DNA of 64,000 nucleotides from a virus (IMGVR_UViG_3300028815_000061:7032-71031); one strand, 5' to 3'. Counted from the first letter of the stretch, positions 9,271-19,669 are shown. Notes: a model not told the origin generated them from the letters alone. Numbers and translations are program-made.

Positions 9271-9580
9271 GATAATAAAAGAATCTCCCCCGAAAGTAAT
9301 CTATCTACAATGGAACGTGCCACCTGACCCTGAGTTTGGCGTGACATGGTGCCGGGATAAACTCAACGATAATGACGTTGAGTATGTGCCAACCGCCAAC
9401 GCCAAACGGCTAGAAGCGGCGCTGAAACAATCCTTAGATGCTATGATATGGTCAACAGGTAGCGGGGATTTTACGCCAGAAGGCCTAGCATATCAGGGAT
9501 ATTTGAAAGTTCTGGAACCCGCAATAGAAGCCGCAAAGCAAGCATTGTTTGAGTGCACGATTATGAAAGGACTTGGATAA
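9254..9580 (+). CDS. Hypothetical phage protein
   Basis: SD GAGG; TAATG overlap with next gene. Confidence 0.7.
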   Translation: MQEPNEIIKESPPKVIYLQWNVPPDPEFGVTWCRDKLNDNDVEYVPTANAKRLEAALKQSLDAMIWSTGSGDFTPEGLAYQGYLKVLEPAIEAAKQALFECTIMKGLG

Positions 9581-10047
9581 TGCCAACGATACAATTTTAC
9601 GAACTAGAGGATATGATCCCTGAGTTAAGCGCAGTCGACCCGATCCGCATGACCAGGATAGTTAACCCGCTCGGATTCAAGACAAGGGATATCGCGATTA
9701 GCCAGGTATTAGTGATCGTGCGCCAGCATCAACACATGAGTGGTAACACCTTATCCTGGATGATGTCTACTGGCGAATACGAAACGATCAACGGACAGCC
9801 CGTCGAAGTAGTAGATGACGAAATCCGGGTCATGGCATGGGAAGAGGCAGAGTACGTCATCGACTTTATCTACAGTAGACTCCTGGCTCAGGACAATGGC
9901 TACGAGATCAAGCAGGGCCTTATATCAATCAACGACACCCCGTTACTTGGTTCGTGGTCATATCTCGATGTCGAGAATGTGGACGCGCACGAACTGTTAG
10001 AAAAGCACGTTCCTGACCAGGACATTGACGAGGAGCCTGCCTTCTAG
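9580..10047 (+). CDS. Hypothetical acidic protein
   Basis: TAATG overlap; last gene of the + strand operon. Confidence 0.7.
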   Translation: MPTIQFYELEDMIPELSAVDPIRMTRIVNPLGFKTRDIAISQVLVIVRQHQHMSGNTLSWMMSTGEYETINGQPVEVVDDEIRVMAWEEAEYVIDFIYSRLLAQDNGYEIKQGLISINDTPLLGSWSYLDVENVDAHELLEKHVPDQDIDEEPAF

Positions 10048-10075
10048 TATCCTTACCATAATAGCAAGGGTATTA
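10045..10075. terminator. Hairpin between convergent operons
   Basis: TAGTATCCTT / AAGGGTATTA stem with G-U pairs; no clear U tract. Confidence 0.35.
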
Positions 10076-10096
10076 GTCGGAGGGTAAGTGACAAAC

Positions 10097-11176
10097 CTAG
10101 TGATACATAGCCTTCATGTACATGGAAGCGGCGTCCAGGTTATTAGTGCCAAACACCGAACCATCATCATTAACAATTAGGGCGACCGCTGCGGCCTCGT
10201 TAGGTTCTGGGTATCCCATCTTTACGGCATACTCATCGTAGAACTTATACGAGCCACAAACTACGGCGTGTCCTGTCCTGCCACCATTATTAAACTGACG
10301 GTACAGGCCAGATACGTGTGTGTGGGCGGCGATGCCGACGTCGAAGTGCCTACCTTCCGCGTGGTCAAACTTCGCCGCCCACTCCACTCCATGAGTGGGG
10401 TTGTATTGAGAATACCCTTTCCACTTATGGCGCGCCCGCAAGATGAACCTCTCTTCACCCACTTGCAACGATACCTGGTTATCATACTTTGCATACAAAA
10501 TGTCCGGGTTCATGCGCGCGTGAACTTCTTCCAGGTAATCAACCCCGGTCAACGCAAAGGTCCACAAGTCATGATTACCAGCCACGCTAAGTACCAACTT
10601 GGGTGCTAGTGCCTTGAGCACGCGCTTTACCATCACCCATTCCTCAGATATCGAGAACTCAGAACCAAGACGTAGATCCTTCAATCTGCCAACGATGTAA
10701 TTGTTGAGCATATCGCCGATCGCGCATACATACATGCCAGGTGTACCGACGATTGTCTCGATATCCTCATCAAGGCGCTCGTAGTCGACATGTACATCGC
10801 CCACGTGTAAGTCAGCAAGAAAGACCAAGCATACAGGCCCATGAGAGAACTCTATTGATTGCTTATTGCCCTGATCCTTTTGAAACTTCTTGCGCCTACT
10901 CTTTACGATTGCCTGTTGCCAGACCTCATCCTCATCATACTCGCTGTACACCGGTTTCACACCATGTACCTGGAGAGATGGTTGAGTTCTGGCCTGTGCA
11001 CCTTCTTGCTTCAGGCGTTCTCTATAAAAGATTTTCCTTACTTGATTCTTGGGGATACTCGGGAACTCATCGTAAATTTGCGCCCACTCTTTCACACCTT
11101 GTAATTCTAACTGCTTCCGTATTGCATAGATCCGGTGTCGCTCGCTTGCAGTTGGCAAGGTTCTTCTCCTTTCCAT
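10097..11176 (-). CDS. Calcineurin-like metallophosphoesterase with N-terminal helical domain
   Basis: DLH, GD, GNHD, H and HTH(V) metal-ligand motifs in the canonical order. Confidence 0.9.
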   Translation of the reverse strand: MERRRTLPTASERHRIYAIRKQLELQGVKEWAQIYDEFPSIPKNQVRKIFYRERLKQEGAQARTQPSLQVHGVKPVYSEYDEDEVWQQAIVKSRRKKFQKDQGNKQSIEFSHGPVCLVFLADLHVGDVHVDYERLDEDIETIVGTPGMYVCAIGDMLNNYIVGRLKDLRLGSEFSISEEWVMVKRVLKALAPKLVLSVAGNHDLWTFALTGVDYLEEVHARMNPDILYAKYDNQVSLQVGEERFILRARHKWKGYSQYNPTHGVEWAAKFDHAEGRHFDVGIAAHTHVSGLYRQFNNGGRTGHAVVCGSYKFYDEYAVKMGYPEPNEAAAVALIVNDDGSVFGTNNLDAASMYMKAMYH

Positions 11177-11192
11177 AGCCGCAGAACATTAC

Positions 11193-13547
11193 TTACAAAC
11201 ACCGAATGACCTCACGTACATTGTCTGGACGGGAGCCAGGTTGATGGATCTCACTAATAGCTGCGCGCCTATCACGGCCCTCCCAAGCAACCAGGCCATA
11301 GCCTATAGCATAATAGTACCTTTCAATTGGGTTGTGGTCCATGTCTGTCCAAACAAATCTTATGACATTCTTCAGGGTTATTCCCGTGTAGAACGTCATC
11401 TCTTTCATTATGTCCTCTAACACCAACAGAGAAAGCTGACGGCCGTCTGATACAAGCGAGCAATCTCCCTTGTTGTAGAACCGTACGTACGGATACCTTT
11501 GATATGATTGTCCCTTATACATATATCTCGGGCACCACACCGACCAGGATGCACTCAACGTGTCACGTAATTCGTAGTACTTATCATCGCCCGGACTGGT
11601 GTCCACGCCACGATAGCAGTACTGCAAGTCAAACATGATCTGCTCCCACTCTGCGTGCTTTGCCTCGCCGTCTCCTCCCTTAGTATGGTAGACGATACCG
11701 TCATCGAAGTGTGTTTGGTGCCTTTGTTGTGGGCCTGGTGCCCACGCATTGCCATTGTCGACGGCGATCTCCGTACGAACCTCGTATAAAACACCCCTCT
11801 GTTCTTGATCAGTGAAGTATGGCATGATGTCGATCTTGGCCGGGGTTGGCGGAGGTGGTTGAGTTTTCGACGGATAATAGAACAAGGCCTCTAGCACATC
11901 ATCACCAGTAATTGGGTAGGCCTCAGACAGCAAGCCGACTTTGCCCGTCCATGGATCTGCAATAGTGAAATCGCTATCTGAATATCCGATAATTAGAACC
12001 CAGTGTTGTTCCCATGCCTCTGTCGCTGGCTTGAAGTCGACACGGGCAGGCACCGGCCAACCACTGTCTATGTACCTATGAATCATGGGAATCATAGCCT
12101 CGTTATCACGGCTTTTATATCCCTCGTAAATCACTTCATATGGGTATGCTTTCTTGAATGCTCCGTTAACAAGGTACTGCCCACTGAAACCGCCAGAATC
12201 AACCATGAAATCGTTGAACTCATCGGGCAGCATGGTAGTGAACTTATAATACCTGGCAATCATGTTGTAAGCGGTTAGCAGACATCCCCAGTTACCAATC
12301 GTTTTGTCGTGACCGGTATCCTGGCCAAGTGTTTGACTCGCCCATCTAGCATCGCGCTGGGATAGAGGCTCGACGTCGAGTTGATCGGGCTTGAGATAGT
12401 GAGCCTCCCATGAATAACCATTTGCATCTAACAAAGCGATTGATTCTTTCTGACTAGGCTCATCCGGCTCAAACACCTTGGTGTACGATTCATCATTACC
12501 GGCTCTCATTATTGCCAGCATGGTGTGATGACTGGCAGTCATGTCATGCCTGAAATCATATGAGTAGTCAGCTATCTTCCCCCACTCTTCCCTTGTCACT
12601 TCTTGCGGTGCCTTGACTACAATGGCCTTATAATCGCCTGGATCTGGATTAGGCGGCACATAGTCTATTGGTTTCCATTTTTCAGATGGATTAGCAGCAA
12701 GATACGCGGCCAAGTCCTCTGACATTATCTCTAGGTTTACACCACCACCCACACCGTCCCAGTCGCCATAAGTCCACCATGCTGCACCTACAATATACGC
12801 CTCGTAAGCCTTCATCAGAGAATCGTACTTGGCCATTTGGTCCAGGACAACGACTTTGTCTGGTTGATATTCACCACCATGCAAGCCACACTCAGTTAGC
12901 GCCACGCCAAGTGGTATGCCCTGCTCTATGAGCCATTCAATTTCTCTAAACGGCCGATCTGAGTTGTGGTCCAGTGGCACAAGCATTGGATACCCATAGA
13001 CATGACGGCCGTAAATGTGACCACCCTCGTAACCACGAGCAAGCAATGGGCCATACAGGTTTTTCCAATGTTCCATCCCACCAGTAGGTGGGTTGCCAGC
13101 AACGGAACCATCGTCTGGTGTGCCGGAAAATAGATTACAGAGGCAGAGTTTATAGCCTTCTTGCTCCGCCAATTCCATCATGCGCCATTCGTAGTTAATG
13201 TAATTTGGGATAACGGTTATGTCGTTGGCACCGGACTCATTGATGACGGAGTAAAAATCCGCTGGGTTAAGCTCCCATTGTTCTTCAAGCAACGGGAAGA
13301 ACATGTCGGCTATGCCATAAGCCTCCTCTTTCGTAAGGCCTGGATCATTTAATCCCATGCCTTCAGGGTGATTGTTGTAGTACTTGATGTCACGAAAGAC
13401 TCCCCACGTGTATCCCTGACTCTCCATCTTTGCCTCGGGGACCGCACCTCCCTCCCCTGTCGAAAAGGCTATGGCCGGTTTAGCCTTGCATACCAGACCA
13501 TAGCCACCTCTGGGTCCGGTCTTGACGTGTACTCCAATTCGAGACAT
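11193..13547 (-). CDS. Putative modular endolysin: clan-A-like glycoside hydrolase + C39-like peptidase + unknown C-terminal domain
   Basis: INE, HVY and TECG motifs; SQRD..W...GC...HWVLIIG...IADPW; Pro-rich linkers; next to holin-like genes. Confidence 0.75.
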   Translation of the reverse strand: MSRIGVHVKTGPRGGYGLVCKAKPAIAFSTGEGGAVPEAKMESQGYTWGVFRDIKYYNNHPEGMGLNDPGLTKEEAYGIADMFFPLLEEQWELNPADFYSVINESGANDITVIPNYINYEWRMMELAEQEGYKLCLCNLFSGTPDDGSVAGNPPTGGMEHWKNLYGPLLARGYEGGHIYGRHVYGYPMLVPLDHNSDRPFREIEWLIEQGIPLGVALTECGLHGGEYQPDKVVVLDQMAKYDSLMKAYEAYIVGAAWWTYGDWDGVGGGVNLEIMSEDLAAYLAANPSEKWKPIDYVPPNPDPGDYKAIVVKAPQEVTREEWGKIADYSYDFRHDMTASHHTMLAIMRAGNDESYTKVFEPDEPSQKESIALLDANGYSWEAHYLKPDQLDVEPLSQRDARWASQTLGQDTGHDKTIGNWGCLLTAYNMIARYYKFTTMLPDEFNDFMVDSGGFSGQYLVNGAFKKAYPYEVIYEGYKSRDNEAMIPMIHRYIDSGWPVPARVDFKPATEAWEQHWVLIIGYSDSDFTIADPWTGKVGLLSEAYPITGDDVLEALFYYPSKTQPPPPTPAKIDIMPYFTDQEQRGVLYEVRTEIAVDNGNAWAPGPQQRHQTHFDDGIVYHTKGGDGEAKHAEWEQIMFDLQYCYRGVDTSPGDDKYYELRDTLSASWSVWCPRYMYKGQSYQRYPYVRFYNKGDCSLVSDGRQLSLLVLEDIMKEMTFYTGITLKNVIRFVWTDMDHNPIERYYYAIGYGLVAWEGRDRRAAISEIHQPGSRPDNVREVIRCL

Positions 13548-13567
13548 ATGTTCTCCTAGTAAGATAA

Positions 13568-13945
13568 TTGGCAGGGACAGGGACCGATATTATTTTGGTA
13601 CTAGACCGGTGTCCAGGATGAGAGTTTTTGCCTGATCCCCAAGTCCCCATCCAGCTAGATAAGCGCCGAACGGAGGCATTAGGTTGATTGCCTCAATGTT
13701 AGGTGTCAGTATCGGGACAACCAACACGACGATAGCAAAAGCAACTAACTGCGGCCAAAAATAGCGCCAGTTCCATTTTGAGTCCGGGGCATCTGGATCG
13801 CGGTATCTTTTTAGGAGCCAGGGTAAAATGAGTTTTGCGAATGCGCCCAGGCCGAAAGCACCTACAGCTAACCAATTTATGTCCATAATCATTCTCCTTG
13901 TTAGCAACTTCCTAGCGGGCAACTGCTAAACCCTGCCCCTGCCAA
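13568..13945. repeat. 15-bp inverted repeat flanking the holin-like gene
   Basis: TTGGCAGGGACAGGG (13568-13582) and CCCTGCCCCTGCCAA (13931-13945), 14/15 complementary. Confidence 0.85.
13590..13886 (-). CDS. Putative holin
   Basis: About 98 aa with 2-3 hydrophobic helices, directly upstream of the lysin; SD AGGAG; ATG-ATT-ATG double start (13892/13886). Confidence 0.65.
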   Translation of the reverse strand: MDINWLAVGAFGLGAFAKLILPWLLKRYRDPDAPDSKWNWRYFWPQLVAFAIVVLVVPILTPNIEAINLMPPFGAYLAGWGLGDQAKTLILDTGLVPK

Positions 13946-13999
13946 ACCAATAAACAAGAATACAAGGTTATTTTAAGAATTTCAAGTACATTGCTATTT

Positions 14000-14320
14000 T
14001 TAACGGTCGTTGAAATAGCCCTTACAGAGAGCAAACTGAACAAACGCTACCAAAAACAACAGTATCCAAATGGCAATGTTTGCCGGGTAATGTGGCGGGA
14101 TAAGCAATCTTAAAAAGTACCAGGTAGATCGAAGATACAACGCCAAGACTATTAGTATCATCAGCGCATCTATCAAAAAAAGCGCGTGGGCCGCACCAGA
14201 TTCTTTAACGCGCCATCCTCTATACCACGTTCTTATTCCAATCACTAGAAGAATTAGTGTTGGCAAACTAAGAAGGGTTGTCAGAATCAACGCCAGCGGC
14301 ATTATTTGCTTCCTTGACAA
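14000..14320 (-). CDS. Small membrane protein (3 TM)
   Basis: Three hydrophobic segments; in the lysis cassette. Confidence 0.65.
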   Translation of the reverse strand: MSRKQIMPLALILTTLLSLPTLILLVIGIRTWYRGWRVKESGAAHALFLIDALMILIVLALYLRSTWYFLRLLIPPHYPANIAIWILLFLVAFVQFALCKGYFNDR

Positions 14321-14507
14321 TGTTCCTCATCGCCCTTGTATCCTGTTCCATGAACGAACTAATCCTGATAATTCTTTTCCTATCTATGCGTATACACCGC
14401 AACACATCGTCAAGTTCACTTGATGCTTTTCGCCCATTAGTAGGCTTGCTTACTATCATGCTATAGTGCCTTTGTAACCAAGAACCAAATCTATTTTTTA
14501 TCTGCAT
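14268..14507 (-). CDS. Hypothetical protein
   Basis: Overlaps both neighbours in the same orientation. Confidence 0.5.
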   Translation of the reverse strand: MQIKNRFGSWLQRHYSMIVSKPTNGRKASSELDDVLRCIRIDRKRIIRISSFMEQDTRAMRNIVKEANNAAGVDSDNPS

Positions 14508-14793
14508 TCACGATATCATTACGCAGTTTTTCAAAGTCCTGTCTTAGAGAACTTTGCTCACGCAATGCCTCCATTGCGTCGGCCAGACCTCTTATAGCCG
14601 CGCTGTTGTCATTAAGCGCTTCCAGAGTTTTCTCTCGCCACTCGATATCTTTCCTCGTTGATTCCTCGTATTCCTTTCGAGATTGACGATAGAGATATGC
14701 TACCGCACTAGCCAGTGCCAGAATCACGATCCACTGCAGCGCCATTACATCAGTCGGTTGTGGGGGCGATACTTGTAAAAATCCTAATAACAT
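14491..14793 (-). CDS. Single-TM coiled-coil protein (holin-like or lysis accessory)
   Basis: N-terminal TM WIVILALASAVAYLY followed by a coiled coil. Confidence 0.6.
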   Translation of the reverse strand: MLLGFLQVSPPQPTDVMALQWIVILALASAVAYLYRQSRKEYEESTRKDIEWREKTLEALNDNSAAIRGLADAMEALREQSSLRQDFEKLRNDIVNADKK

Positions 14794-14876
14794 TGCCTAC
14801 TTATTTAAGGTGCCCCTTGCACCATGTATCAACTTTTCTTTTCGTTACTCTGTAAAAGTGAACATCTTCTCCCTCC

Positions 14877-14908
14877 AGGCCCGGTCACCTTCTAAGGTAG
14901 CCGGGCCT
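14877..14908. terminator. Hairpin after tail operon
   Basis: AGGCCCGG..ACCTT / AAGGT..CCGGGCCT; no U tract on the - strand. Confidence 0.4.
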
Positions 14909-14913
14909 TAAAT

Positions 14914-16269
14914 TTAGTTGTACCTCATCTGTGTGATCTTCATGTGCGCTATCCATCGAATGCTGTAGTTGCTTCCACCATTACGGCGTACCTGAATCTT
15001 TAGCGCATCATTCGTATCGTCGGCCACGACCTGAGCTTCATAAGCGGCGTCGGATTCGGCATTCGCAGTTACCGTACCTGAACTGAGTAATGTCGTCGTC
15101 CCTCCGTCATTTATGATGCTCACCCCTTCTATCGAGTAATCCCACCTCTGTGGCGCTCCAGAGGTAAGACCAAGTATCCTGATGTCAACCCCCCACAATG
15201 CGTTACCAGGAATGACCGGAAGTTCTGAACTCCCGTCAACGTACAAATCAAACCATGTTGTATCCGTATGTGTAGCGATGCTCCTTATGCAGAACACCAT
15301 TGAACCCTGGCAATCTCCTGTGGTCCCGTACCCTACACCACCAAAGGCAAGTTCACCAGTAAGTGTAGTCCACACTCTCTCACCACAAATGATCGCCGAA
15401 TTGTATCCATCACAATCGTTCTGGTTTCCGCCAAGAATAACCGCATTAAGGGCAGCAGAGTCTATCTGGTTATCCCATCCAGCAAATATGCCAGAATAAT
15501 AAGCAGCGGGCACATGGGTTGCTGCGCTTCGTTCTAGCTGCAAGTCAACAGAACTGCCTCCCCTGGCATTACCGGCCGCAACACCTGGAGCAACATCATT
15601 AGCAGTCAGTACAAATGCCTCAGCCAATGAGCCATCACCCATGATTGCAACAGTAAACACGGCGTCCTTGTTCGTCGGGTCTGCCCACTCTGCAATGAAC
15701 TCTGAGGCTATTTGCTCTGTGTCGGAAGCATCCTCTAGTATAAGGGCAACTCTCAGCCCAAAACCAGCAGCAACAGTAGAAGAGCATCTCTTTACAAAAT
15801 CCCATATACTAGTAGCGACACTGGTTAGGGCACTGGTCACAGTGACGATTGTGAAACCATCGTCTCCAACTTCAATGGTGCTATCCTGAATGTTGGATGT
15901 GCCATTCCACCTAACCAGGTTGTTATCTGCACCAGATCCAGTAGGCCCACCGGCCGGAGCGTCAATAAATTCCAGTCCATCCGGCGTTGAGTTCACGGCC
16001 ACCAACTTACCGGCCTGGCCCGAATAGCTAGATGGATCTACATCCGAAAGATTGAGAAACGAGGTGACAGCACCCGTGCTGGTTATCTCTGCCCATGTTG
16101 GCGTAGTGGCAGTCAATACCCAAAAGGAATTGTTATCCTCTTGCCTGGCAATCTTACCTATATCAGCAGCTACAAACCCACTTGCCCCAGTCCTTGCTGA
16201 AGCATTGGCATAAGACCATTGATAGACAATGTGGATTTCACCCGCTGGTATGTTTGCATGTTCTGTCAT
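14914..16269 (-). CDS. Tail fibre / receptor-binding protein
   Basis: Gly/Ser/Thr-rich; GSGADNNLVRWNGTSNIQDS fibre-type motif; last gene of the tail module. Confidence 0.7.
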   Translation of the reverse strand: MTEHANIPAGEIHIVYQWSYANASARTGASGFVAADIGKIARQEDNNSFWVLTATTPTWAEITSTGAVTSFLNLSDVDPSSYSGQAGKLVAVNSTPDGLEFIDAPAGGPTGSGADNNLVRWNGTSNIQDSTIEVGDDGFTIVTVTSALTSVATSIWDFVKRCSSTVAAGFGLRVALILEDASDTEQIASEFIAEWADPTNKDAVFTVAIMGDGSLAEAFVLTANDVAPGVAAGNARGGSSVDLQLERSAATHVPAAYYSGIFAGWDNQIDSAALNAVILGGNQNDCDGYNSAIICGERVWTTLTGELAFGGVGYGTTGDCQGSMVFCIRSIATHTDTTWFDLYVDGSSELPVIPGNALWGVDIRILGLTSGAPQRWDYSIEGVSIINDGGTTTLLSSGTVTANAESDAAYEAQVVADDTNDALKIQVRRNGGSNYSIRWIAHMKITQMRYN

Positions 16270-16281
16270 GTTATCTACCTG

Positions 16282-18720
16282 TTATCTAAATACTATCAAA
16301 CCAGTAACCCCTCTGTCCACTCTATGGTTTAAGGTAACATCTGTCCACGAGGTCCACGGGGGTGCAGCAATGGCCACGATATTCACGTCAGCCGATCCAG
16401 CGGCGACGGCAAAGGTATTGTCTAACGTATCCACGTCCATAACATTACCATAGTTAGCATCATCTAAAGGTAAATCTGATACATAGACCATGTTCGCGCC
16501 ATCGTCAGCCATGGTAGCTTTGGCCTCATACAGCTTCAGCACGGTCGCAGATTGAGCTACGGCATACAATCTACCGCCAATATCGACGATTGCCCTACAT
16601 GGATCAACAAAACCATTCACTCCCCAAATGTAAAACTCTCCCTGCGCAGCCGAATAACCGTATATCTGGTCTGGCCATGTCGGGAAGTTAACCCCATAGG
16701 GCAGGCCAAAGAACAGAACACCATCTGGTGCTTCATCAACCCACGGCATAACACCAACATACGTGTCACCGGCCAGGTACTCCGCCTTAGTAAATGAATA
16801 GTCCCAGTCTGACCAGTAGTAAAGTGTGTAATCGTCAAGGTAATCTACCCTGCCAGTCTGACCATTTGGTTCTCTGTACAAGATATCGACGACATGAGCC
16901 ATCCCGTCAACCCCATCAGAATAGGACGGCAAGCAAATAAAAACCCGGTTCCCATCAGGCTGATAGCAGATGGATGGATTGTGGCCAAACCTTGAAAATA
17001 TATCGTCTGGTGGTTTATCTGGTATTGTGACAATGGAAGCATCAAGCAAATAATTTGGACTGGAGAAGCTCTCTACTACCCTGATGTACCTGGACAGATC
17101 CCCGAAACCGCACTTGATATTGGTGATAGCGGGGTCAGTTATCTGTACGGATTTCTCTGGGAATAACGAGTCATCAGACCAGTGCATGTGATCACCGACG
17201 AAACCCAGAATGCTGGCCGGATCCTCCCTGATACACCGCGCTGATGCTCCACTTGCTGAGTCCCCATTATCTGCAGAGACAGTGTACGGTATTCTGTCCA
17301 ACGTATTGTTGACAGAGTCATACGAGAACATGTAGGCAGTGGCACCCTGTGACCTGGTATGGTAAAAGCACCAGCGATTGTCTGACCATAGCTTTGATGC
17401 GCCAACTATCTGGAACCATCCTAACGTCTCATCTTCCTCATCTAGCCATTGCGTTTTGTCTAGTTGTGTCCAGGTACCAATCTCCATAATGAAGGTGTAA
17501 CCGAAGTAATCGTCCTGGAGACGGTTGGTCCAGTTGAGATTTTCAATGTAGTTAAAGGCGCACTTATTCCCGCCATCTATGGCGTTGCATGACACGTCTA
17601 TTCCCCAGGGTATACCACCACCAGCAGTGCCGTCCAGGAACTTGTACGGTGTCGAGTAGTTGTTAGTCAGGATGTCAAAGTAAAACCAATGCCACATTCT
17701 GACATCATTGCTGTATGGCGGCCCTCCGCCACTATCATAGTTGTAATAGATAAATGCGAATCTGCCTGATGGAGTAAGGTAGAATGCGTATCCACTTCCA
17801 AAGTGCGTGGTCGTGTTGTAATCTGGCAACCACGAACTTGTGTATCTGGCCGTGCGCGATGGTGTGGTACCAGAGCAATCCCACTTATCTACTTCAGCAA
17901 AGTACCTTCTCTTTCCGCCATCATCCTCATTGTTAATCCGGCCAATATAGACGTTGCCATTTGAGTCTGCCCACAGGTTGCCCCATACGCCACCCGACTG
18001 GGATGCTGTATTGTGCTTAGTAAGTGTGCCCACACTCTCGGACATCATCGTACAATACACTGTGGTACCTAATCTATAGAACACAGCATACAGATTCGTG
18101 TCAGTCTTGATAGCATCGTGGCCACTCGGGTTAGTCGTATTTGTGTACACATTTGTGGCGGAGCTAGATTGTGGGGCACCCTTGCCACGATCGACGTTCA
18201 TGATTACTTGTTGCCAATCATGCGTTGCCCAGTCATTAAACGTCGATAGCACCCATGCGACACTGAGTTCATTATTGTAGTTGGCCTGATCGAGGTAGCC
18301 AGCGGAGTTTGCTGCGGTATAGGTTACAAGCACACAGTGCTCGCCTGACCTGGTCTTGCTACTGGTGTAGCCATGATAAGTCAATGCAGAAGCAACCGGT
18401 GCCGGGATCTCGTTGTTGTAAGAAGGCTCGCCATTTGCCGGTCTAGGCAGTGGCTCGTAAGGATCATGAACACTAGTCCACATGGCCCCGGACACAAACC
18501 ATGGCGGGTTTGTACTTGGAAGTATGCTACTCCAGTTAACACCACCATCCGTCGAGCGCTCTAGGAATCCCTGCCCTCCCCTATATAGAATGGCATCCAT
18601 TGGGCTTGAGCTACCAGTCTTTGTTTTCCAGAACGGGTCCAATGTCATAAACAGGATGTTCGGTTTAGCACTGGTCTCAAACCACTGGTTTTCGCCTTCT
18701 GGCAGTATCTCTATCGGCAT
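16282..18720 (-). CDS. Tail-associated beta-propeller protein
   Basis: Asp-box STDGGVNW; aromatic beta-rich sequence; position. Confidence 0.6.
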   Translation of the reverse strand: MPIEILPEGENQWFETSAKPNILFMTLDPFWKTKTGSSSPMDAILYRGGQGFLERSTDGGVNWSSILPSTNPPWFVSGAMWTSVHDPYEPLPRPANGEPSYNNEIPAPVASALTYHGYTSSKTRSGEHCVLVTYTAANSAGYLDQANYNNELSVAWVLSTFNDWATHDWQQVIMNVDRGKGAPQSSSATNVYTNTTNPSGHDAIKTDTNLYAVFYRLGTTVYCTMMSESVGTLTKHNTASQSGGVWGNLWADSNGNVYIGRINNEDDGGKRRYFAEVDKWDCSGTTPSRTARYTSSWLPDYNTTTHFGSGYAFYLTPSGRFAFIYYNYDSGGGPPYSNDVRMWHWFYFDILTNNYSTPYKFLDGTAGGGIPWGIDVSCNAIDGGNKCAFNYIENLNWTNRLQDDYFGYTFIMEIGTWTQLDKTQWLDEEDETLGWFQIVGASKLWSDNRWCFYHTRSQGATAYMFSYDSVNNTLDRIPYTVSADNGDSASGASARCIREDPASILGFVGDHMHWSDDSLFPEKSVQITDPAITNIKCGFGDLSRYIRVVESFSSPNYLLDASIVTIPDKPPDDIFSRFGHNPSICYQPDGNRVFICLPSYSDGVDGMAHVVDILYREPNGQTGRVDYLDDYTLYYWSDWDYSFTKAEYLAGDTYVGVMPWVDEAPDGVLFFGLPYGVNFPTWPDQIYGYSAAQGEFYIWGVNGFVDPCRAIVDIGGRLYAVAQSATVLKLYEAKATMADDGANMVYVSDLPLDDANYGNVMDVDTLDNTFAVAAGSADVNIVAIAAPPWTSWTDVTLNHRVDRGVTGLIVFR

Positions 18721-19661
18721 TAGCTAGGACTCCATACAACATCACCGCCAGACACAACGACGTCGCCACCAGATGTGACTATCTTGCCTACTGTCCACTG
18801 CAGTGAAGAATTAGCAAACAACATCTCTCCCTCGTTACTTGGTAATGGGAGCGTGCCTCCCCCACCACCAGATAACCACGGCCTACCATCCTTGTAATCG
18901 TCAATCATACTCAGTGTCGTATACGTATCTTCTAGGTAAAAGAAGGATGACGGAATACCACCATACGGAACGTCTGGATAGGCCGGACTACCAGGTATAG
19001 TCACCTCCGCACTGCTTGCTACACCTAATACGCCAGACGACGTGTCCAAGTAAATCAACACCCTTACCGCATTACCGGCACTGGGTAGGTACGACGTTAA
19101 ATCTATCACGTCTGCACCAGAGCTTGCCGGAAACCACTTACGCTGCGTGCCATAGTAGTAAGTAAGTGGACCCACTGTAACTGTAAGGTCGGTTTCAGTG
19201 GCCACTGATTTGAATATCTGAATAGCAGAATGCCACACGAGAACCGGATCTGGACCTACCGTAGCCTCTGTCGGATACCAGTGATTAACACCATGTGGTG
19301 GACTTTGAGCACGGCGAATGTCAGTCACCGTATGATCCTCTAACGCGCGTGGGTACGGGCTGATATGCGCTTTGATGATCTCAAGTTCGTATGGATTCTT
19401 TGGGTTGCGAATCATGATGACGCCAGCGCCATCCCATACATTCATCCATGGAGGTAGATAGGCCTGAGCCTGGCTCGCGAGGGCACCCCACTCATGCACC
19501 CATACATAATTACCGGCCCGGTCTGCGAAAATGCTACCGCCGATTGAGAAAACAACTCCATGAACATAGTCCTGAACTGGCTCAAGAGTCAGCAGTTGCC
19601 TATTCCTCCTGTCCTGGAGTCTTACTCTTCGATTGAAATATCTACTGTCGTCTATACTCAT
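18720..19661 (-). CDS. Minor tail protein
   Basis: Position after hub-like gene; beta-rich. Confidence 0.55.
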   Translation of the reverse strand: MSIDDSRYFNRRVRLQDRRNRQLLTLEPVQDYVHGVVFSIGGSIFADRAGNYVWVHEWGALASQAQAYLPPWMNVWDGAGVIMIRNPKNPYELEIIKAHISPYPRALEDHTVTDIRRAQSPPHGVNHWYPTEATVGPDPVLVWHSAIQIFKSVATETDLTVTVGPLTYYYGTQRKWFPASSGADVIDLTSYLPSAGNAVRVLIYLDTSSGVLGVASSAEVTIPGSPAYPDVPYGGIPSSFFYLEDTYTTLSMIDDYKDGRPWLSGGGGGTLPLPSNEGEMLFANSSLQWTVGKIVTSGGDVVVSGGDVVWSPS

Positions 19662-19669
19662 ATCATGTC

